Below, in pieces: positions 1 to 10,032 of a stretch of 64,000 nucleotides of DNA. A program made the position numbers and the translations under genes. How positions within the stretch are numbered: the first letter of the stretch is position 1; each line of letters begins with the position of its first letter. The DNA is from Antedon mediterranea (lineage: Eukaryota > Animalia > Echinodermata): assembly GCF_964355755.1 (NCBI RefSeq), contig NC_092671.1, positions 15,376,001 through 15,440,000 on the forward strand. Direction: 5' to 3'. Below the pieces are notes generated by a model. That model was not told the origin of the DNA. It saw only the letters and a list, made by a program, of their open reading frames with translations, and did not search any database.

Positions 1-287
1 CTAGTTTATGGAATACTCTAGAAAAACCAATGCAAAATGCCACAAATTTAAATACTTTAAAAAAATTATTGGTGTAATTTATTATTTATTTTTTATTTCT
101 CTTAGCATAAATGTAATTAAGGTTTCTGTTGATATATTTTTTTCTCTAATTTGTTATTTTTAAAATTTGTTATTTTTAAATGTGTAATGTATTACTGTTA
201 GTTGATCACAGCCTTGTAGAAGAACACCTTTATGGTGACACAAGCTTTTCCATGTTAAAATAAAGTATTTATTATTATTATTATTAT

Positions 288-360
288 TGCGCACCGTGAA
301 AAGCTAACCACATCGATTCCTGGTCATACAGAATAGAATCTGAAAAATTGACGTAGCTCT
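288..360. repeat. Fragment of the Helentron/HINE-like repeat found at 22163-22967
   Basis: tgcgcaccgtgaaaagctaaccacatcgattcctgg...aaaattgacgtagct is near-identical to 22742-22812. Confidence 0.7.
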
Positions 361-599
361 ATGTAATTAATCTCAATTGACATACAAAATAATGGTAAAA
401 AAAGAATAAATAAAGATTCTGAAAAAATCAGTAAGGTTATATGCATGATAATCAATATAACTAAATAAAAGAAATAAAAGTAAAGTATACATCTTTGACA
501 GCAGGTAACTGAATTTAATACCTTATCTTCAGTCAGATATAATCTGCTACTGTAGTAGCAGACACTTTTACCACCTTCTGAAGGTATAAATTAACTTAC

Positions 600-3500
600 T
601 TCTAGCATGTCATTCACAAATGCATTTCTCGTTTCTAAGTTATCAAGGAGGGTCAGAGCATCAGTACCTCTAGCAACACCATCATCTGCAGTTTTTAAAT
701 CACACCCTAAAGTAATACCACTAGTATCTTCTCCCCAGTCGATTTTAGCTTCTTCCTAAAAAAAATTTTTTTAAATAATCCAATCCAATGGAGAGGAGTT
801 GTGGCTTAGTGGTTATGATGCTTGGCTACCAATTCAATGGAGAGGAGTTGTGGCTTAGTGGTTATGATGCTTGGCTACCAATCCAATGGAGAGGAGTTGT
901 GGCTTAGTGGTTATGATGCTTGGCTACCAATTCAATGGAGAGGAGTTGTGGCTTAGTGGTTATGATGCTTGGCTACCAATCCAATGGAGAGGAGTTGTGG
1001 CTTAGTGGTTATGATGCTTGGCTACCAATTCAATGGAGAGGAGTTGTGGCTTAGTGGTTATGATGTTTGGCTACCAATCCAATGGAGAGGAGTTGTGGCT
1101 TAGTGGTTATGATGTTTGGCTACCAATTCAATGGAGAGGAGTTGTGGCTTAGTGGTTATGATGTTTGGCTACCAATTCAATGGTCCTGGGTTCAGGTACT
1201 ATCACTTCAGGATATTTTCTAATGACAATTTACAACTTCACTCCCAAAGATTGCCACCTTTAAAAAGGATAGTGAATGATTTCGCTTATGGCTATCTTTG
1301 GCAATTCGCCTAAATATATAAACAAAATAATCTAACATTGTGCCACCAGTGTAGACACAGTTCCAAACCCTGACTTTGCAAACAAGTTTCTCAAATATTA
1401 ATTTATTATCTATCAAATATAGAAAGTATTGAATAGAAAACGTAGATTAGTGTGTGACTTACATCAACACCGACCGGCTCATCAAGCGAGATACCAAAAT
1501 CTATTTCTCCATCACCCCAATCAATCTAAAAAAAAGAGAGATATAAAGGATGGAATGGAATTATTTCTCCATCTTTAAAAATTCATAGTAACTTGTATTT
1601 TTCTTAATTTTCTGGCATTTATTTTTATGTTACATTGTATAACGAATCATCCAAGTTAATTAATATACCTCGTCTTCCTGAATATCTTTTTCTTCATCAG
1701 GCGCTATCAATTTAACCTCTTCTATTGATTTTGGTTCCTCACCTGTCCTCCAGCGATATACTGTAGTGTTACCATGCTGTAGCATGTAACGTAATGTTGG
1801 GCAGATAGGAAACTTATCTACCGCACCACTCTCCTGACTAAAATGAAACAGAATTAAAACTTGAATGTATGTCTGGTCTGGTTATCTGGTGAATCCAGTT
1901 TTAGCAAGGCTAACAACAGGACACTAAGCCCGACTTGCCAAGATAGGCTATCGTAATAGACTTTGAATGGAAAGGGTTTTGAATCAAATCAAGGCTATCA
2001 ATAAGTGTACAGATTATGCATGGTACCATTTTGCTAAACATGGAGGAAGCCAATTGTACAATCAAAATTCAGTCAAGTGTTTAGAGGGTGGAAACTGACC
2101 AAGTCGCAACTAGGGGTAAAACCTTTGATCTGGAGCTTATCATCCTGTTGTGTGATTTCCTTGGTTTTAGGAATAATATAAAAATATTGAGAAAATTGAA
2201 TTTTATGAGAATTGTTAATACTAAATGATGAAATCAAATCAGAATTCAGAATTAAGTATTATTAAATAGAATAAAATGTAAAAATTACTTTTCAACTGTA
2301 AATTGAACAAATGCCTCATAAAATTCAGAGACCTTGTCCAGCTTTTTTGTCTTTGACAGGATTTTATCATAGATGAGTGGTAAATCTGATACAAGTTGTG
2401 TTAGCTCAGTTTTAATTTTTTCTCCCTGAAATAAGAAAAAAACAGAAAATAAATTAGATCTTTAAAAATTGACTTTTCTTTTATTCCACAGTGGCCGTAT
2501 TCACCATTCACACTTAGACTGAGGGATACACTTACCCTTAAAATAAAAAAAAACCTCCTATCTAAGTGAATACAATTTAAGAGAGATACTTAAATATATA
2601 TTGAGGTAAGTGAAATACTTGATATTTAAGGGAAATGATTGGTGAATATGGCCACTGATTGCTAAGTTAATTTGTTTCTAACCTTGATTCCAAGCTTGTT
2701 ACATGAGGACTTGAAGTCATCTTTAGCTGATGATGCTTGGCTTAGATAATCCTTCTCTTTTCTATCACATTCCTATAAAATAAAATACATAAATAAATAA
2801 ATAAATGTGTAGCTCTTATTTTATATATTTTAGTTCTCAATACTAATTTACATCTGAAATTACAACTTGATTATTTCTAGCTTAATTTAGTTTACTAAAT
2901 AAATAATTTTTCCCCAATTATAGTAGTTGTCACGAACTCCTCTCACGTATGTTTCCGAGCGGTTGAAAATACTTTAGGAACTCCCTTGTGACATAAAAAA
3001 GTATACACACAAAATCCACAAAGTTGTAAAATAACTCAAAAACAAAGCTTTAATTTCAATCAACTTCAACTTTTAACAATCCAGTAAGCACTTTAAACAA
3101 CAGCTTTACAATGACTTTACAATATAACATCCAACCTCTAATCCAACCTCTAATCCAACAACCTTCTTCAAAATAAATGCTTCAATCAAAATCCTTCTCT
3201 CCCTTACAATTGTCATACTTCCCCTTATATACAATATGTTCATAACCTTCTAGATCATTCCTTATACTTCTCATTATTACATGATTACAGTTTCTATTAA
3301 TAGCACTTCTGGAATGTTCTTGATTGTTCTTATTAATTATACATGGTTTCTTAAATCAAAACATCTTATTCTAGAATGTTCATGTAAATACTATGTTACT
3401 CTATATGTTAGGGAATGGTAATTTATTACACTCCCCCCTCTTTCTGAGCTCAAAACTCTTTCTTGGAGTTTTGAGGGGCAAGTATACACGGACGTGTCAA

Positions 3501-6500
3501 AACTTAACCCACTCCTAGTCTATAAAACCTAATTACGCCATAATAACATACAACATAATCATTAATAATTACTAATAATGAACAAACAATATTCGTGTAA
3601 ATTTGTCGGAATGGTTCACTAACAATTACTGACATAGGAATCATAAAATCCTTAAATTTAGTTTTATACTTTGAAGTTTTCTGACAAATCTCACAAGTGT
3701 TGCAATATTCAGTCACATCCTTTCTAATACCAGGCCAAAAGAATCTCTGCTTTATCCTATCTAATGTCTTTTCCTACCTAAATGACCTGCCAAAGGAATA
3801 TCATGTGAGACTTTCAATACACTATTACGGCAAGGGTATGGAACTACTAATTGGTCTATTGGTTCTGTCTGGTGTTTAGTGAAAACCTGCCTAAATAAAA
3901 TTCCATCCTTACAGACTATCTTTATAGTGTCATCATCCTTCTGTACTAACATCTGTTCTCGAAGTGAAATTAAAGTTCTATCCTTAACCTGATAATCCTT
4001 AATTTTATCTCTGCCAATATCTAAAATGTCTAATTCACTATCTTGGCTAGATTGAGCTTCCTTTGTTTTTGCAAACTCTTTCCTAACTTTTCGTTTCTCA
4101 CTTCTGGTTTTATGAACTTTTTCCTTGGGAGGGTTGTTACTGAGTAGTTGGCCATCTAAATGTCCAAATTCTTCTTGAAAATTAACCACATCATCTAACT
4201 GATGTGAAATAACCCCAGAAGCTTTTTCCGACTTTAATTCGTTTTCCTCTCTTAGTTTTTCTTTTCTAGCATGATCTCTAGTGGCAACAAAACTATGCCT
4301 ATCATGATTCTTATCCCCCTTCCCTAATAAGTCTCCAAATTTAGGAAAGTCCCTACCAAGAATTACATCTCTTGGTAAATCGCTGCAAACGCCAACCAAC
4401 AAATTATGGTCTTCGTTATTAACCTTAATATTGACGAATGCAGTAGGATAGGCTTGGACATGGTCATGGACGCACCTGCATGTAATTTTAGCTTGCTTCG
4501 CGCGATTAATTTTCTTAGCCGCTACTAAATCAGAATGAACAAGTGTCATATCACATCCAGAGTCTATCAAAATTTCACAATCACATCCTTCAACTAGGCC
4601 TCTACAAACGTAAGGTGTACATGGTTTTGAAACAGTATCTGTCTTTGTCGACAAAAAGCCATCCTTACTTCGACAAAATCGTTCTATGTGGCCTACTTTT
4701 TTGCACCGTCTACAAACGAGAGGTTGTCTAGCGTCAGATTGTGATTTATGAAAGTTATCAGGGGGATTATTATTACCCTTACTGTCAACTTCAGGAGTGC
4801 CTTTCACTGTTTTCTCCTGGTTGTTTCTATGTTCGTGTTTTCTATTTTGAAACTTTTTCTCAAAATCGATACCTTTTCTAGCTTGAAAATAATTATCTGC
4901 TAATTCTGCAGCATTTAATCCAGAATCTGGTTTATGTTCTCTAACCCAAATTTGTACCCCTGTGGGCATAATATCTATTAATTGCTCTAAAATAACAATT
5001 TCAGCTAAATCATCTTTGCTTTTATCAGCAGGCCTAGCCCACTTAGTAAATAAATCTTTTAACCTAACATACATTTCTCTATAACTTTCTTCACTTTTCT
5101 TTTTAATTGACCTAAACCTTTGTCTATATGTCTCTTCAGTTATGTCATACCTTTGTAATATTGCTTTCTTCACTATGTCATACTGGTTACTTTCTGTCAC
5201 TGGTAATGATGCATAGGCTGCTTTTGCTTTGCCTGTCAAATGTGGTATCAGTTTTACTACCCAGTGTTCTTTTCGCCACTCATAGGTGTTAGCAATTCGT
5301 TCAAACGTAGTGAGATAATTTTCAATATCATCACTATCAGAAAGCTTTGCAATCTGAACTTCCTTCAATCTCATTATGTCTTTTAATCGTTTCTCCTCAC
5401 TGTCCTTTTGCTTATCCATTAACGCCATTACTAATGCTTGCTGTTTCTCCATATCTTCCCTACGTAAACGTTCTTGTCTTTCCATATCTTCTTTGCGTAA
5501 ACGTTCTTGTTGTTCCATCATCTGCTGCATCATAAGATTCTGTTGTTGCATTTGCTGCTGCATTTGCTGCTGCATTTGCTGCTGCATCAACAACAAAACA
5601 TCTTTTGAAGATGAGTCAGCCCCTGTAGGGTTATGTCCACTGGTTGGTCCAGACTCTTCTGCCTGTTGTTCAGGTTGTATTGACTGAACCGATTCTACCT
5701 CAGAATCAGATTCATCGCCGCCGCTGTATTCTCTACCGGATCTTGTTGTTGATTGTTTATCAGCCATATTTTAAATCTGGATGAGGGTCTTGTTACTAGT
5801 TAATCGTAGTTACCGAGACGTTCACAAGTCTACTGTTCCAAATAAAATAATCTACTGTTCTTTAAACAATGTTTGTGTACTTACGATTAAACAAAACGTA
5901 GCACCACGGCTTCCGTAAAATATCACAGTATCGTAAGTACCGCTTCCTCAAAATATCAATAAAGTACAGTTGATCCTAAAACAGCCACCAATCTATGGCA
6001 AAATACAGTAGATCAAACTGCTACCACAAAATATCACAACAGTAGATAAATACACAGTTAAGTCGAACAGTAGATCGAAATAACCGCTGCCACCAAATTA
6101 TGTCACAAACTCCTCTCACGTATGTTTCCGAGCGGTTGAAAATACTTTAGGAACTCCCTTGTGACATAAAAAAGTATACACACAAAATCCACAAAGTTGT
6201 AAAATAACTCAAAAACAAAGCTTTAATTTCAATCAACTTCAACTTTTAACAATCCAGTAAGCACTTTAAACAACAGCTTTACAATGACTTTACAATATAA
6301 CATCCAACCTCTAATCCAACCTCTAATCCAACAACCTTCTTCAAAATAAATGCTTCAATCAAAATCCTTCTCTCCCTTACAATTGTCATACTTCCCCTTA
6401 TATACAATATGTTCATAACCTTCTAGATCATTCCTTATACTTCTCATTATTACATGATTACAGTTTCTATTAATAGCACTTCTGGAATGTTCTTGATTGT

Positions 6501-8537
6501 TCTTATTAATTATACATGGTTTCTTAAATCAAAACATCTTATTCTAGAATGTTCATGTAAATACTATGTTACTCTATATGTTAGGGAATGGTAATTTATT
6601 ACAGTAGTAAAGATATTTTTGTTTAATAAAAAACATTATGCTTGTTTCCTGTTCAATATCTGCACATTTCCACACTGTAAAGCTCTGTCTACACTATCAA
6701 ACTAGTTTGACAAAAAAAGTGTGATGTGCACAAATATGATAGTGATATACCCAAATATGGTAGTGATATGACATCATCATGTCCATATATGGGCACATCA
6801 CATTTGTCACATATATTTTGATAGTGTGGACAGAGCTTTTAAAATACATACCGTTTGTAGTTGTTTACATTTGAATATAGCTTTTTTAAGTGCAGGAATC
6901 TCATAATTGACATTCTGAGACAGAAGATGAGCCGATTCTGCAAGGCATAGATTATCCTGTTCATATATTGATACAATTTCCTGCCAATCCTATAAAAAAC
7001 ATAACATAACATTCATTATATAAAATCATGCATTCAATATTCATCAGATTTTAAAGCCTTTGGAAATAATTATGCGAGAATTTACAATTTTTTCCAAAAA
7101 TGGATATTATCACATAATTGATGATAGGTAGGAAGGACTAATACAACACAAATAACTATACATTGTGCATACTTTGATTAAAAAGTGTGATGTGCCCAAA
7201 TATGGTAGTGATATGCTCAAATATGGTAGTGATATGCTCAAATATGGTAGTGATATGACATCATCATGTCCATATATGGGCACATCACTTAAACATAAAA
7301 TTTGATAGTGTAGACAGGGCTTAAATCTTGTTTAAGGGTTATGTAGCGAAGTAGAAACAGTCATGAATTACAACCAGTAATGAACAGCTGTGGACTTTGC
7401 ATGCATGTTAACCACCAAGCTACTTTTTACCTTCATGCGTTGTGAGGAGTAACGTCCAAATATGTTCTTTGTGTTAGATTCTGATACTTTCAATAATTCA
7501 ACAATCTTTTTACAATGGAAATAATTAATATCTAGAAAAAATTAAAAGAAAAAAAATCAGTCTAAAAGATGTTCATTTTGTGTTTTTTTAAATTCCATAT
7601 GCATCCAACAGCGAGTAACTTGCCAATTACAGTATGGATAAACTATTTAAAAATTATAATTTTTTTATAATATAAACTAAGTCTCACTTTAGGTCCACAG
7701 GGAGTGGAGTTGGAAGAGCAGTGAGACACTAGGTCAGGAATGAACCCTGGAAACAACCACAGGACATGTAGATCTAGAAGGTTACCATTCTACTGGGCTT
7801 CGTATCAATTTTTATTTTATCACAATCTGGGCTTATTTATTGTATATTATTTGAAAATTAGGTTGTGACAATAATTCTGTATTAAAGCTCTGTCTACCCT
7901 ATCAAACTTTATGTGACAACAAAATGTGATGTGCCCATATTATGGACATGTCATATTACTACCATATTTGGGCACATCACACTTTTTTTTTCCAACTAGT
8001 TTGATAGTGTAGACAGAGCTTAAGAATACTTGCATGTTCCAACTACTAGCTGTTTGATCTCATCAACTTCTGGCATATCTTGAATCGCATGATTAATCTT
8101 CTGACGAACAGACAGCGCCACCGAAGTCCATTTAGGTTGAACATGTCTACGATCAATCAGCCAATCTAAATAAAATAAATAAAATGGAAATTTATAAACT
8201 CTTGCAGGAAAGTAAATAAATAAAAATGAAATAAGAATACATTAATATCATATTTATTATTTTTGAATTTCTGTCTCTTTCAATCCACATTTGTGATAGC
8301 TTTCGCATTTACTCCAGTTCCATACTTTGCCTAGGCTTTGATGCCATTCATGTTTGCTGTTATATTATTTCGGTTGTGTACATTTTTATCTTTTTCTAAA
8401 TTTATATTTTATAACGAGACAATCCAAAAGGATTAATTTAAGAAAATGTTAATAATATTAATATAAAATATACACTTACCAAGAAGCTTATTCGATGAAA
8501 TATCAATAGGAAGGTTATCTGCACTTGAGTCAGACAT
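600..8537 (-). CDS. CDK5RAP3: CDK5 regulatory subunit-associated protein 3 (C53/LZAP, UFM1-ligase adaptor and ER-phagy receptor), 5' part; gene continues beyond the left edge
   Basis: Hand-spliced minus-strand exons: 8480-8537, 8034-8165, 7431-7531, 6852-6989, 2683-2772, 2289-2425, 1669-1837, 1463-1525, 600-755, all phase-compatible. Translation MSDSSADNLPIDISSNKLLDWLIDRRH...YINYFHC...TKNIFGRYSSQRMKDWQEIVSIYEQDN...NVNYEIPALKK...GNTTVYRWRTG...IDWGDGEIDFG...IDWGE...GVARGTDALTLLDNLETRNAF matches the CDK5RAP3 motifs I recall, including the shuffled AIM motifs (IDWG). Confidence 0.95.
780..1198 (+). repeat. 49-bp minisatellite (8 copies) derived from the 5' half of a tRNA-type SINE
   Basis: Unit ccaatYcaatggagaggagttgtggcttagtggttatgatgYttggcta. 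Each unit has an A-box-like TGGCTTAGTGG, and the array ends in ggtcctGGGTTCAGGTAC (B-box-like). Confidence 0.85.
2489..2657. mobile_element. MITE with CAGTGGCC(G/A)TATTCACCA TIRs (uninterrupted copy)
   Basis: cagtggccgtattcacca ... tggtgaatatggccactg. A second copy at 43802-44781 is interrupted by another element. Confidence 0.8.
3504..3775 (-). pseudogene. Frameshifted, truncated integrase remnant of the LTR element
   Basis: An alternative frame after GHLGRK continues TLDRIKQRFFWPGIRKDVTEYCNTCEICQK...EPF, completing the H2C2 finger, then degenerates before the DDE core. Confidence 0.85.
3761..5767 (-). CDS. Gag-protease polyprotein (668 aa): Q/M-rich coiled coil, SCAN-like capsid region, CCHC zinc knuckle, aspartic protease, start of the integrase zinc finger
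   Basis: SCAN-like ETYRQRFR...LKDLFTKW...ILEQL...WVREHKP...AAELADNY; zinc knuckle CRRCKKVGHIERFC; protease LIDSGC and DVILGRD; integrase N-terminus HDIPLAGHLG. Confidence 0.92.
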   Translation of the reverse strand: MADKQSTTRSGREYSGGDESDSEVESVQSIQPEQQAEESGPTSGHNPTGADSSSKDVLLLMQQQMQQQMQQQMQQQNLMMQQMMEQQERLRKEDMERQERLRREDMEKQQALVMALMDKQKDSEEKRLKDIMRLKEVQIAKLSDSDDIENYLTTFERIANTYEWRKEHWVVKLIPHLTGKAKAAYASLPVTESNQYDIVKKAILQRYDITEETYRQRFRSIKKKSEESYREMYVRLKDLFTKWARPADKSKDDLAEIVILEQLIDIMPTGVQIWVREHKPDSGLNAAELADNYFQARKGIDFEKKFQNRKHEHRNNQEKTVKGTPEVDSKGNNNPPDNFHKSQSDARQPLVCRRCKKVGHIERFCRSKDGFLSTKTDTVSKPCTPYVCRGLVEGCDCEILIDSGCDMTLVHSDLVAAKKINRAKQAKITCRCVHDHVQAYPTAFVNIKVNNEDHNLLVGVCSDLPRDVILGRDFPKFGDLLGKGDKNHDRHSFVATRDHARKEKLREENELKSEKASGVISHQLDDVVNFQEEFGHLDGQLLSNNPPKEKVHKTRSEKRKVRKEFAKTKEAQSSQDSELDILDIGRDKIKDYQVKDRTLISLREQMLVQKDDDTIKIVCKDGILFRQVFTKHQTEPIDQLVVPYPCRNSVLKVSHDIPLAGHLGRKRH
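6397..6554 (-). promoter_or_regulatory. LTR U3 promoter: TATA box plus three heat-shock-element clusters (duplicated at 3224-3381)
   Basis: TATATAAG on the minus strand at 6397-6404. TTCtaGAtcaTTC at 6421-6433, TTCtgGAAtgTTCttGAttgTTC at 6480-6502, TTCtaGAAtgTTC at 6542-6554. Confidence 0.7.
6681..6837. mobile_element. MITE family A (RGCTCTGTCTACACTATCAAAC TIRs, TWA-like flanks; Harbinger/Tourist-like)
   Basis: agctctgtctacactatcaaac...ttgatagtgtggacagagct with internal ccaaatatggtagtgatatg subrepeats. Confidence 0.8.
7181..7322. mobile_element. MITE family A, partial, with an internal 20-bp triplication
   Basis: caaatatggtagtgatatg x3; right TIR ttgatagtgtagacagggct. Confidence 0.75.
7887..8020. 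mobile_element. MITE family A (opposite orientation to the copies at 6681 and 7181)
   Basis: TIRs agctctgtctaccctatcaaac and gtttgatagtgtagacagagct flanked by TAA. Confidence 0.8.
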
Positions 8538-9154
8538 TGTTGTGTGTCAACTTGCTACATAGGCTGGTATGGAATAATATACATCAATCAATCAATTATT
8601 GTATTTTAGTATTTACTAGGCCTACTACTGGAATAAACTTTAAACTTAATAAATAGTAATATAATAATACTACTTGTTCCTGCAAAAAGCACAATTGTTG
8701 GTAGTAGTGTACAAAAGGGAAGTGTAAAGTAAAGTGGTTTAAAATAAAAACATTGAAAAAAGTGACTACCCTGGTAATAAAAATTTAAATGTCAAAAAAT
8801 GTAGGGCGAAACGACCTCAACCAAAGCCAACATGCTTCTGCTCAGATATGTGATCCTTCCATTTTGGTTAACCAGGCTACAAACAGAGAGAGGCCTCCTA
8901 CTATAAGTACTACTAGCCTAGCATGTTATAGTAAATGTAATACTGTCAGTGCAATAAACACTACTTTGGGTTACTACTAAAAGGTGCTACATGTACATTG
9001 AATAAATACTGAATATATGTTGAAAATACTAAATGAAGTACAACTAACCCGTTTAAAAATCTGAGGAAATCTGTGCCATATGTTGTTCACCAATATGGTG
9101 TACGTGACGACGAACGAGAGATGTCTTCTTATCGTACATAATACGATTATGAAT

Positions 9155-10032
9155 GTTATGCGCGATTTGAACGATTTGCGCAATTTGAAATTGCGCAAAA
9201 AAAATCCTTGCGCAATTTGAATTGAAACATGTGTTTCAAATTGCGCAAGCAACGTATTAAATTGCGCAAGTAATCTGCAAATTGCGCAAGGTTTTTCGAC
9301 AGATTGTGAAATCATGCACACCCATATTTTTATAGTAATTTCTAAGAATGATTCAAAATTAAAGATAAATATCGCATTTCCTTATTTTAGTAGTGCAAAT
9401 ATTGTTATAAGTTAGCATACCGTCGAAGAACCGACGAAGGAAAACGAAGCGGTGGTGTTCCACCAGGCGGGCGCGGCGCGGGCGGCCGGCTATACTACTC
9501 TAGCCTAGCTAGGGTCTGGACTACTGATACTGACTAGGTTACATGGCCTAGCTTAAACTAATATTAAAAACTTAATTTTTACATTTATTTTGATTTATTT
9601 CAAGTTACAGTGATAATATTATTTAATTGTAATAATAAATGTTATGTATTTATTATACACATGTTATCTTCGCATTTATTATGTTTTATTTTGAGTTATT
9701 TAGTTTCCAATAAATTATTATAATACCGATTGTCTGGTAGAATTTTGTTGCGCAATTTGAAAATTTACAGTTCGTTTTCAAATTGCGCAAAGGTGTCATA
9801 TTGCGCAAGAACTATCTTGCGCAATTTACAAATTGTGCAGCGCAATTTAAAATTGCGCAAAGATTTTCTTGCGCAATTTGAAATTGCGCAAGTTGATTGC
9901 GCAATTTGAAATTGCGCAAAAAAATCCTTGCGCAATTTTAAATTGCGCAAGAATTCTTTGCGCAATTTCAAATTGCGCAAGGATTTTTTTGCGCAATTTC
10001 AAATTGCGCAAATCGTTCAAATCGCGCATAAC
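9155..10032. mobile_element. Unclassified non-autonomous TIR element with about 20 TTGCGCAA palindromes and a 6-bp TSD
   Basis: TIR gttatgcgcgatttgaacgatttgcgcaatttgaaattgcgcaa... is mirrored at about 9970-10032. ATGAAT flanks both ends (9149-9154 and 10033-10038). Confidence 0.85.

Larger units (their letters stand above)
2928..6603 (-). mobile_element. Non-autonomous Gmr1-like Ty3/Gypsy LTR retrotransposon (3.68 kb) in CDK5RAP3 intron 4
   Basis: 503-bp LTRs at 2928-3430 and 6101-6603 (TG...CA, one mismatch seen). 5-bp TSD GTAGT at 2923-2927 and 6604-6608. PBS TGGTGGCAGCGGT at 6083-6095, complementary to a tRNA-Leu 3' end. PPT AGAAAGAGGGGGGAG at 3431-3445. No RT or RNase H. Confidence 0.96.

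Noticed and set aside
780-1198. CRISPR-like array
   Set aside because: Units are contiguous with no unique spacers, there are no cas genes, and the context is a eukaryotic intron. ORF 1116-1313 is a by-product of the repeat.
3755-3780. Programmed ribosomal frameshift into integrase
   Set aside because: There is no clear X XXY YYZ slippery heptamer, the shift falls inside the zinc finger, and the downstream frame is truncated. A 1-bp deletion is simpler.
5376-5687. Cys-rich 103-aa ORF resembling a metallothionein
   Set aside because: It is the antisense shadow of the Gln/Met repeats in gag.
3761-5767. Domesticated host SCAN/Gag gene
   Set aside because: It is flanked by near-identical LTRs with TSD, PBS and PPT, so it is a recent mobile insertion.
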